A stretch of DNA of 64,000 nt, taken from assembly GCA_037379345.1 (NCBI GenBank), contig CM074513.1, positions 25,730,001 to 25,794,000 on the forward strand. Reading direction: 5' to 3'. Shown here piece by piece: positions 57,801 through 64,000 of this stretch. Below the pieces are notes generated by a model, which saw only the letters and a list, made by a program, of their open reading frames with translations, did not search any database and had not been told where the DNA came from. A program made the translations under genes and the position numbers. Position 1 is the first letter of the stretch, and every line of letters starts with the position of its first letter. Origin of the DNA: Perna viridis (Eukaryota).

Positions 57801-60800
57801 TGTGTTATTAAATATATGTCTAAAAGGATGGGCATTTTCTTAAATAAAATAATATCAACAAAAGATATTGTTTTATTTATAACAGAAAAGTTATAAAACT
57901 ACAGTATTAAACATAATTATCACTATCTATAAAAACACATACCTTCTACACATGTATAATAATGATACTCCCAGTCTCTATAGTAACCAAATGACCCTGA
58001 ACTTTGATCTACTTTCTTCAGGTTGCCATCTGCTAGTATACAGATACCAGACTTGGAGTCAAACTTGACAGCCTTACACCCAGGGATTGGTTCACAAAGC
58101 TGTTTACATCGACTCAAAGTCCAGACATTCTCTTCCATTTTAAGGTGTGTGTCATTTGAGAAGTAGCCACTGAATTGGGCCATTTTTGTCCATTCAACAT
58201 TCTTTCCAGGACAGGCAGCTATAGTGAAAGTCATAACTTTAAACTTTACACACATATTAGCAATACCTTCTTTGAAGATTTGAATCCAATACAAGAAATA
58301 TTGTCTGTTTCAAATTAAAACTTAAAATGAGGCTGCTATGATGAAATGATGACCAAAAGTGACCATTCTAAGTCAAATCAATATTATAAATTTATTGTCA
58401 TTATATCTTTAAACTCTCCATGACATCAGAAACCCATTAACTTATAAAGAAACACAAAATAATTCATTACCATTATCGCAATTCCATTCTGCATATGTCC
58501 AGTTAGAGTGAACTGTTTGATTAGCTATGTAGGATCCAGCATCTGCTGAGCTATATGTAGACATGAAGCAACTACCCATACCACTGTCATAATCAAAAGA
58601 AGAGCAAACAAACTCAGATTCAACCTCACACGCTTTCTCACAGTCTTCTATTGATGTTTCTGATGTTTCCTTGGAATCATGGAACAGTAGGGCACTAGAG
58701 AGATCCCTGCTCCAGACAATGTTAGAGTCAGGGTAACATTGATCTGAAATGGAGATAGTATAACAGAAAACCTAGCATTTGTTTAAAGGAAATGAATCAA
58801 AACCATACAAAACAGTTCCAAATAAGGCCCTTTGCATTTACCGAGAAGCTCTTGTTTTTGGAGGAAATTAATTGGTTACATGCAATATGAGGGATATTGT
58901 CCCTCAAGAAGACGAAAACAAATTTAGTGATTTTTCAATTTTTTAGAAATTGAGCACTTAATTTCAACCAAAAACATATTAGTTCAGCAGCTACTGTGAA
59001 AGGCTCTATTATACATTATTGTTCAATCTTGATAAAGTTCTGACTATGAAAATACAAAATCATTTTGCAAAACATTGAGTATTAATATAAAGTTTTATAC
59101 AACTTTTGCATTTTAGAGTAATTCTAGTAATTTTACACAGTTTTACAAATACTGTTGAGGGGGACTGGAATTTGATAAATTTCCTTATTACAACCCTGAT
59201 CTTGATATGGCACTACCTTTGTCAACAAGCGCACTCCATTCAGTAGTATTAGGTGCTAAACAGCCTTGTTGATGGTTCGTAGGGTTACGATCTCCTTCAT
59301 GAAAACATTTTCCGTCAATGTAACAGACACCATCCTAAAAAGATTGAAAATAATATCAGTGGAAATAAAGATGATAACAAAGCTTTTTTTTCTGAACTTT
59401 GGATTACATTTTGTATTGTCATTTGTTTTAATTTTTACTGAAACCAATTTTCCCTTCATAATATAACAGACAGATCAAGTCTTATCAATGATTCTACATG
59501 GTAGTTTATGCAAGTCACTTTGAGAAATCCATTTTTAAAATATGGTTTTTAATTTAACTTTCCAGTTTTGTAGCTAAGCTGCCATGTTCTCACAGTGCTG
59601 AATTAATTAGCAAATTAAATACCATTCTAATTATAACACCTACTAAAGGACTAAGTACTTTTCATATTAATTTCAAAACTTATATACAATTAGGTATATA
59701 TGTTTAATAATTACTTTTAATTTACAGAAAACTGGGTCAGTAGAACAGTTGTAACATTCTGGGTTGTAAGAGATGGTGACCATTGGATTAGCAACAACCT
59801 CTGTTGTGTTTACATTGCTGACTGTCACTTCGTAGCGCCCTCTAGTGGGCAATGTACATGTAACATGGCCACTGCTGATGAACATGACATTTGCTTCCAT
59901 CCAATTGGAAGTAGACCAATAACCTGTTTCATTTATCTATTGGAGGAATTTAAAAAAAAATACAATTACAAATTCAGAAGAAACAAATTCAGGCATATTT
60001 TAAGTCACAAAATGAGCATTGCAAGTAGTGCATTCAGTTTTCTGTACAATGTACACCATGTATAATTGATTTGTATTAAATTTACTTTGAAGATCTTAGC
60101 AAGAGTAAATTTTATCAACATTCTATGTGTTTTTTGTTTTGTCTGTCTTGTTTTTTGCTTTGTTTTTCTCTACTGAATTTTAAGTCTTCAATGTTATTCA
60201 AATTGCAAGTTCCATTAAAGTTACTTTTATATGAAAAACCTTCCAAAATTCAATCTGATAAATGATTTATCAACTATCTACACTCACATCTATATTTCTT
60301 AGATAACATCTTAGTTCATTACTCTTGACAAAATCCTGACCGTAAACATCAAGTTTCATATCAGCATTCATGGTCAACTCATTGAAGAGTTCCTTATCAA
60401 GGGAAGTAATCACAGGTGGTACTGTGGCATTCACACTACAGTCCATACCAATAAAACCAGCAGCACAGTCACATATTCCTAAAAATAATGTATTTTATTG
60501 TTCATACCAACCCTATATGAAACATGTTATAACATACACTGGTACATATCAAAGGTTATTTCTTGGTTCAGTCAAAGCATATTTTTTCTTGCCACCATAT
60601 TTAACATGTAGTGCTTTCCCTGTAAATTTGAAAAGAAGTTACTCAATATAAAATAACACATTTCCCCCTTTGTTTTACTTTTGGTAGACCTTCAATTAAG
60701 ACGACATGAGTTGCTTCATTTTTTCTCACAAGACGATAAATCTCACTACAGAACTGACCAATTACTGTAACCAAGGAAAATTTACTACTCGTAGACCTGA

Positions 60801-63800
60801 AATCCTTACCTTCATTACACTGGCCATTTCCCCTACACCCATATGGACAGAGTTTTGTAAGGATGTCATCGGCTGATATAGATATATCCCTCCTAATAGT
60901 TTGTCTACAGTCTTCTTCTAATATCTCATCTACATCTGAGGCAAACACATCCTTCCCAGTGAACTGTTCAAAAAATTAAATAGGAAACCACTTAAAACAA
61001 GGTATTATTTGAATTTGGAATTATTTTGGATTTAAGAAAATAAGTCAAAAAAAATATTTGTAGAACTTAAACCTACTAAAGGTTTTAGTCATGACTTTTG
61101 TTATCCAACTAACCTTACTCCTTAGCCATGTTGTATGACTTACCCCCTTATTTTTGGTTATTTTCATAAAAATATTCCAAAATAATTCGAAATTCAAACA
61201 ATACCTTGTTTTCAAGCTTTTTAATAGAAAAGACTTGTATCCTAATAACACAAAACTTTCACTATATCCCTTAGCAATAGTTATAAGTTCTACTGAACAT
61301 TAGTTCCTCAGTAGTAAAATAAATATTCTTTTTAAGGCATAACTTATCTATTAAACAAGCTTGTTATATTTGTAAACACATAAAAATATTCTTTAAACCA
61401 ACAGGTTCAAAATAGCATAGTAAAGATTAAGGGATTTCTACATCAGGATGACCAAAAAGAAAAAAATTATATATAAATCAGAAAAAATTATAAATCAGAC
61501 TACAAACTTGCAATGAAATGAAATTTACCTTGATGTTGTAAACACAGTTGTTGACGTCCCTAACATCAATGTCAATGAGGTCTTTACAGATACCCTTAAC
61601 TCTGTCTGTTTTGTTCTGACAGTAGGATCTAGCTGTCTCCTCTGTCCAATCTCCTGACCATGTCGCTGTCTATAAAATAAAAAACAAAAACAAAAACAAC
61701 AATAGAACACACCTTACTTAGAAATTGTAAAAATTACTTTACATGTATCTTAAACTGATTCATCATTAAATTTGATTTTGGCCATTTTCCAGGTCAACAG
61801 TTGTCAAAAGAAAAACATTGAACTAGCCTTACTTCAACATTCCTAGCAATAATATACTTTCTAAGAACTAGACAACTAGTCTTATTTGATATGGACAAGT
61901 TCTACAGTACTCCATACCTTTTCAACAGTCTTATCACAGTCCTGAAAGACCTTTGGTCTAGGTGTGGCTGAATCAGGATCACAGTACTGAGGGAACATTC
62001 CATGATTCTTAAAGTAGTCAGTCTTATCCATTCCTAAAATAAAGAGAAAAGTTCCTTAGATATCATCTGGTACCTTAACTAACTGATACTGATTATATAT
62101 GAAAGCTAAAACATGACAGGGAATCTTAATAAAGGAAGCACAAGAATTTGCATAAATATAAGTTTTATTTCATGTTTTACAAGATGTTTTACAAGATTTT
62201 AACACATTTAAGAAGTGGATACTGCAGTTGTGTTACAGTTAAAACAAAATGAATAAGTAAATATTAAAAAGAAAGTAATTTTAATGCTCAACAATTATAC
62301 AAAACTCATTATAAAGCTAAATAATTCAAGTCTGTATACAGACTTCAACAACATTTTCCAAATTCAACATTAAAACTCAATCTACAGATTTACAAAAAAG
62401 TTAAATACTAACCTCTAGTGAAATCTTTTGCTTTAGCACATGTTTGTACATCGCCATAGAAACCACATTCAGCCGAGGAAGAAGAACAATCACACACATC
62501 TTTATCTGTTGGTGTTGCCATGGCAGGTGAATCTGGACACTTGCCAAGATAAATGGATTCTTCTACTGGTACACTGAAAATCATAAGTGATACAATGTAT
62601 CATACTGGTACTTCAAATCAGGGAGGAAAATATAAATTTGCAACAATTCCAGGATTTACTGTGTGACAGCACATTTCACAAAATAATATGTTGTTAAGAT
62701 AAATCTCCTTTCAATTACCATATACATTTAGCAGGCTAGATATTAAGTCACAAACCTGGTAGTCCAGGTTATTACAATTATCGTAATGGTTGTTAAATTC
62801 ATTCAAAACTGGTAATTACAGACCAGCGTATATGTATGCATGTAGAAATGGTTAAAACGTTCATTTTGGGTTTGGACTTTAAACATAAGTATGGTAATAA
62901 GTTTATAACCTTAAAAAAAAGAAGTAAACAAAATGAGTGATATTAAAGATCAATCTCATTCATACATTTCATTTGCATTTGTAAATGTTATAGTTAGTTT
63001 TATCTATCCAAGATTCAATACTATACCTCCATGATTTTACAAAATCTTCCGGATACTGGCCTACTATGTCACTGACATTTCCATTCTTTATCATAAAATC
63101 ATTGTCAGCTTTGTTGTCATAGGTACCACATAATCCTACAAAATATTGAAGAATTTATTTCATAAACAAATTTACAATTTGTTCAACACTGAATATATTC
63201 CACATAAAAAATGTTTTGGTTAAGTTTTTTTTTGTTTGTTTGTTTGTTTGGTTTTTTTTTTCGTTTGGGTTTCCCGATTTTGTTTGTACCATACAACAAA
63301 TAAAACAAAAAACTTTACAAAATTTAAATCTTTAAAAACATTTTCAAATACATTTCTTAAAAGAAACAAAAATATCCGACATGACCAGTTCATTTTGTAT
63401 GGTAATATAACTAGCAAATTATGATTTATGAAATATTGAAAATTCCTTTCTATAAAAACAAGGTTTGAAGTTAACAGGCATGTAACTACCTTCAGTTTTT
63501 CCCATATCCATTAATGAGGGGTAAAACCAGACATTCAGGTACCCACTAGCACTGGTCTGTACTCTTAGTTCTCCACCAGATGGTAAGAAAATCTAATAAA
63601 AAAATAATCACTCACAATGCATTTTTAACATTAAATTAAATAAGAAAACCCTGTTTATTTCAGATAAACACAATTTTGTGATATTTACAAAAAGCCACTT
63701 TACAAGATTGACATGAAAAACACCCTCTCTTAAAAAAAAATCACAAATAATCTGTAAGTATAATAATGTACCAATATCACAATTAAATTCCTGAATTTTT

Positions 63801-64000
63801 TAGTGCGAGCATGGATTATATGGGTATTTTTTCAGATATTTTGGATCTATTTTTCAAAGAACCATTAATCAGTTGTATTAGAATGGGGAGATATAAAGTG
63901 TATATTGACCTCGTTAAATGACCTTTGAACACAATGCTGTGATTTTTACCTCATACTGAGTTCCTACATTGATTGAAGTTATCCTAAAACCATCATTGAT
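190..64000 (-). CDS. Giant multi-exon gene (internal portion, 90 exons, ~5,600 aa visible): tandem VWDE-like (von Willebrand factor D and EGF domain) extracellular protein with PAN, LamG and FAMeT accessory domains
   Basis: Exons traced by GT/AG boundaries and translation. Summed length is 16,789 nt (5,596 codons + 1), with phases matching at every junction. Recurrent VWD motifs (DPHxxTFDG, GEFVLY, GLCGxFDxxxxND...FxxSW), WPTPxG...CxxDI, EGF (CxxxCxxxGxCxxGxCxCxxGxxGxDC) and CxIDGxCY...W. Open at both window edges. Confidence 0.92.
1474..11655 (-). CDS. Super-module R6
   Basis: Last 221 nt of exon 11435-12409, then exons 10992-11078, 10235-10636, 9178-9254 (CKSINDPHLTTFDG), 8488-8551, 7601-7834, 7251-7362, 6677-6785 (GLCGVFDDDKTND), 5889-6067, 5603-5715, 4260-4421 (WPTPGG), 3562-3748, 2949-3145, 1960-2169, 1474-1588. 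Confidence 0.9.
5188..5582. mobile_element. TTAA-flanked ~395-bp non-autonomous element (family copy A)
   Basis: ttaa|gtag...taagaatcatgcaaaat ... attttgcatgattctta...ctac|ttaa; homologous along its length to 32410-32784 and, inverted, to 50467-50862. Confidence 0.78.
8676..8880. mobile_element. Short MITE of the CTGT...ACAG type
   Basis: Inverted ends tattgtgaaag / ctttcacagta, internal ttt(c/t)gtgg and cacgaa repeats. Confidence 0.6.
9327..9828 (+). mobile_element. Helentron-associated / Pearl-like non-autonomous element
   Basis: Two ~160-bp internal tandem units (aactcagcatagc...gttcaatatcttcaag at about 9462 and 9623), then a GACG/GACA microsatellite and a 3' palindrome (tatgccccca...tggggacata) before an A-run. 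Confidence 0.62.
11435..12409 (-). CDS. Fused 975-nt exon: end of R5 (CRIGGLCY), LamG-like domain, first Ig-like segment of R6
   Basis: Continuous ORF NDVCRIGGLCY...GKALQLNGIDDFVDLG...CLGDPEKC...YSWSIQGGLSLYFDG...FVCKFDKL...YSVYW; cag acceptor and gtgag donor. Confidence 0.9.
12295..21425 (-). CDS. Super-module R5
   Basis: Exons 21205-21425, 20753-20845, 19827-20032, 19236-19428, 18689-18765 (CESHNDPHMRTFDG), 17990-18053, 17113-17316, 16683-16794, 15906-16014 (GLCGNFDGDKDND), 15251-15420, 14891-15000, 14557-14700 (WPTPNG), 14104-14281, 13482-13666, 12730-12912, plus the first 115 nt of exon 11435-12409. Confidence 0.9.
16152..16537. mobile_element. TTAA-flanked ~386-bp element, divergent relative
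   Basis: ttaa|gtacttctctgtctaagaattaggcaa ... ttgcctgattcttacacagaatggtac|ttaa. Confidence 0.65.
17657..17723. repeat. Minisatellite, 20 bp x3.3
   Basis: Unit aaaattggtatgattatcct. Confidence 0.9.
18129..18509. mobile_element. MITE with GC-rich TIRs and a 3-bp TTA duplication (PIF/Harbinger-type target)
   Basis: tta|tcacgcggcggggaacgagat ... atctcgttctccgccgcatga|tta. Confidence 0.72.
20080..20237. repeat. Minisatellite, 38 bp x4
   Basis: Unit aaacttgagttctatgagctctgtggatgtaatccata. Confidence 0.9.
21880..22518 (-). CDS. LamG / concanavalin-A-like domain exon (639 nt, phase 1-1)
   Basis: GNPVLVDGWKGGFAVELDGKTQMI...CLSDPENC...YILNSGG...GIALYY...LEFSWSIDGLDLFIDG is a Laminin_G_3-like pattern; paralogous to 190-828 and 11656-12294. 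Confidence 0.85.
22804..32309 (-). CDS. Super-module R4 (15 exons, ~776 aa)
   Basis: Exons 32083-32309, 31290-31382, 30479-30856, 30044-30111 (CYSDNAHTWTFDN), 29764-29821, 29019-29231, 28554-28665, 28004-28082 (GLCGSFDGDGSND), 27215-27360, 26377-26486, 25354-25509, 24652-24835, 23894-24084, 23225-23422, 22804-22918. Confidence 0.9.
25920..26130 (+). mobile_element. Truncated copy related to the 27405-27830 element
   Basis: Near-identical ~70-bp segment shared with about 27705-27772; boundaries approximate. Confidence 0.4.
27405..27830 (+). mobile_element. Helentron/Pearl-like element remnant
   Basis: ~152-bp internal repeat (gtcct..gacagtaactata at about 27490 and 27643). The 3' segment aaacttgagc...caaacagacag.tatggtgattcctaca is shared with about 26060-26128. 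Boundaries approximate. Confidence 0.45.
28099..28230. repeat. Minisatellite, 44 bp x3
   Basis: Unit atacttccatcatgtaaaggaaaatattttgcaggaaaaatgct. Confidence 0.9.
31918..32000. repeat. Tandem duplication, 42 bp x2
   Basis: Unit tccttaacccacttttcatccaatgttttcacatgcatttca. Confidence 0.9.
32410..33907. mobile_element. TTAA-flanked element (copy B), right end interrupted by the 32785-33901 transposon
   Basis: Starts ttaa|gtagcactccacctaagaatcaagcaaaatg and shares gggagataactctgtaaa and tgtagcctttttggggg with copy A; the terminal ctac resumes after the nested insertion. Confidence 0.72.
32785..33901. mobile_element. Non-autonomous Tc1/mariner/pogo-like DNA transposon (~1.1 kb)
   Basis: Imperfect 24-bp TIRs cagtggattccgcttaattgcata / tatgcgattaagtggagtcgactg (20/24 match), TA on both sides, subterminal atgcaa(a)taaccg repeats, no transposase ORF. 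Confidence 0.8.
34254..34858. repeat. Tandem array (~67-80-bp units, 7 copies including the real exon end) derived from the 3' part of exon 34787-34901 plus its splice donor
   Basis: Unit catgacttaccctttgt(t/g/a)agactcca...taggactaca.atataagtt...ttgtgggttcc; cttac (gtaag on the minus strand) ends at 34262, 34342, 34422, 34502, 34569, 34647 and 34786. Confidence 0.92.
34725..34772 (+). mobile_element. Very short retroposon (SINE/LINE) 3' tail
   Basis: atagctgaaatattgctgctcggacattaaaccccaacaaacaaacaa with a (caaa)n tail, flanked by imperfect 11-bp direct repeats tcctcgtgact / tccttatgact. Confidence 0.55.
34787..42340 (-). CDS. Super-module R3, including the FAMeT exon inside its EGF domain
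   Basis: Exons 42096-42340, 41854-41946, 41162-41557, 40810-40886 (CESVNLGHVSTFDG), 40463-40526, 39986-40195, 39394-39614, 39001-39152, 38393-38490, 37959-38114, 37105-37261, 36118-36531, 35691-35881, 35158-35373, 34787-34901. Confidence 0.9.
36118..36531 (-). CDS. Farnesoic acid O-methyltransferase-like (Methyltransf_FA / FAMeT) domain exon (414 nt, phase 1-1)
   Basis: FITFMTKTCKDVSIIL...ITIGGENDT...GCDQYQSFWLRWDGGVVEIGEG...MWKDPE...DIGLSSG...VW matches the FAMeT pattern FxxxxCxDxxIxL / IGGxxN / CxxxxxFWxxWxxGxIxxGxG / WxDP / IGxS...W. Clean cag/gtatg boundaries. Confidence 0.82.
42492..42755 (-). CDS. PAN/Apple domain exon (264 nt, phase 1-1)
   Basis: PCGKRGITWTRHSGYSL...TECRRLCLQETDFICRSFEIIPALGICYLSKS...YEDWTCDK is a canonical PAN pattern. 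Confidence 0.88.
43304..43570 (-). CDS. PAN/Apple domain exon (267 nt, phase 1-1)
   Basis: SCGILDIAW...VSTCRGACLAQMEAPVCDGFDLETVTQNCSLF...HQEWLCVN; AAG acceptor, gtagg donor. Confidence 0.8.
43920..44434 (+). mobile_element. Interspersed repeat carrying an expanded 46-bp tandem array
   Basis: Contains tgtcccaagccaggaacctgt...cagtggttgt and ends cattggcaatcataccacatc, motifs I recognise from abundant mussel-type repeats (recollection, not searched). Confidence 0.5.
43956..44184. repeat. Minisatellite, 46 bp x5
   Basis: Unit gctatatactttatgtgtctgtcccaagccaggaacctgttgcccc. Confidence 0.92.
44738..55917 (-). CDS. Super-module R2 (14 exons, ~820 aa)
   Basis: Exons 55673-55917, 55028-55120, 54096-54506, 53662-53738 (CISINDPHITTFDQ), 53138-53414, 52171-52282, 51638-51746 (GLCGNFNDD), 50898-51043, 50103-50221, 49635-49787, 49042-49231, 48005-48195, 46546-46767, 44738-44852. 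Confidence 0.9.
45526..45689. mobile_element. Small MITE with CAGGGGCGGATCCA termini
   Basis: aattc|caggggcggatcca ... tggatccgcgcctg|aattc; a degenerate relative lies at about 6390-6536. Confidence 0.7.
46840..46957. repeat. Minisatellite, 39 bp x3
   Basis: Unit ttgttttgattctatgatacttctctttaatgaacaatg. Confidence 0.9.
47162..47937. mobile_element. MITE-like element with (TA)CTGT...ACAG(TA) ends
   Basis: TIRs tactgtcaatgtattaatattca / tgaaaattaatacgttgacagta, with subterminal aattttcgc repeats. Confidence 0.78.
48597..48983. mobile_element. TTAA-flanked ~387-bp element, divergent relative
   Basis: ttaa|gtaccagtccacataaaattcagaca ... tgtctgatttttataaagactgctac|ttaa. Confidence 0.62.
50467..50862. 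mobile_element. TTAA-flanked ~396-bp element (copy C, inverted relative to A)
   Basis: ttaa|gtagcagtctttgtaagaatcatg ... gcatgattcttagctggaatgctac|ttaa. Confidence 0.78.
52441..52537. repeat. Short inverted repeat / miniature hairpin element
   Basis: tatcttgtataaaga ... tctttatacaagata perfect 15-bp arms, extended imperfectly by tttggt / accaaa. Confidence 0.55.
56547..56718. repeat. Minisatellite, 25-26 bp x6-7
   Basis: Unit attctatcccaatgttaactataat. Confidence 0.9.
57121..57326. mobile_element. Short MITE of the CTGT...ACAG type
   Basis: Inverted ends tattgtgaccgtattaattttga / tgaaaattgatacagtcacagta. Confidence 0.6.
57943..58218 (-). CDS. PAN/Apple domain exon (276 nt, phase 1-1)
   Basis: ACPGKNVEW...TLSRCKQLCEPIPGCKAVKFDSKSGICILAD...YYTCVE; tag acceptor, gtatg donor. 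Confidence 0.85.
58471..58743 (-). CDS. PAN/Apple domain exon (273 nt, phase 1-1), absent from the ORF track
   Basis: QCYPDSNIVWSRD...SIEDCEKACEVESEFVCSSFDYDSGMGSCFMS...WTYAEWNCDN has the PAN pattern CxxxC...CxSFxY...CxL. cag acceptor and gtaat donor. Confidence 0.85.
59217..64000 (-). CDS. Super-module R1 (partial): C-terminal VWD, C8-like, EGF, IPT/Ig-like, CxIDGxC
   Basis: Exons 63950-64000 (partial), 63490-63592, 63027-63135 (GLCGTYDNKADND...FVKSW), 62413-62573, 61918-62033, 61529-61669, 60810-60963 (LCPYGCRGNGQCNE), 60288-60478 (GICDCAAGFIGMDCS), 59715-59936, 59217-59334 (CYIDGKCF). Confidence 0.9.

Noticed and set aside
7550-60651. Many short plus-strand ORFs (e.g. 7611-7823, 11982-12227, 17093-17305, 30519-30875, 60370-60651)
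   Set aside because: Antisense shadows of minus-strand exons or low-complexity intron ORFs. The similarity between 7611 and 17093 simply mirrors paralogous exons.
190-64000. Cluster of separate VWDE paralogue genes, or pseudogenes
   Set aside because: No initiator or signal-peptide exon, terminal stop or frameshift was found between modules, and all junction phases are compatible. Transcript evidence is still needed.
1-64000. tRNA, rRNA or other ncRNA genes, and autonomous transposase or reverse-transcriptase ORFs
   Set aside because: None recognisable by eye; small intronic ncRNAs cannot be excluded without an Infernal/Rfam scan.

Overview
AT-rich eukaryotic genomic DNA. The interspersed repeats resemble those of bivalve molluscs, possibly a mussel; this is inference only. 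The whole window lies inside one giant minus-strand gene, with neither start nor stop codon visible. By hand I traced 90 GT-AG exons (the one at the 64000 edge is partial), about 16.8 kb of CDS and about 5,600 aa, with consistent splice phases throughout. The protein is a tandem polymer of an ~800-aa VWDE-like super-module: Ig-like, Ig-like, VWD, Cys-rich WPTP/C8-like, EGF, IPT/Ig-like, CxIDGxCY. Six copies are visible, R1 (partial) to R6 in transcription order. Symmetric phase-1 accessory exons join them: PAN-PAN, PAN-PAN, none, LamG, LamG, LamG. The most striking features are (1) a farnesoic-acid-O-methyltransferase-like (FAMeT) exon inside the EGF domain of R3, (2) module-specific loss of the VWD Asp-Pro motif, (3) exact intron losses and one gain between modules, (4) polybasic patches in the C-terminal modules, and (5) an intronic tandem array that multiplies an exon 3' end with its splice donor. 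Introns hold many MITE-like and Helentron-like non-autonomous elements and minisatellites. Domain names come from motif recognition, not database searches.
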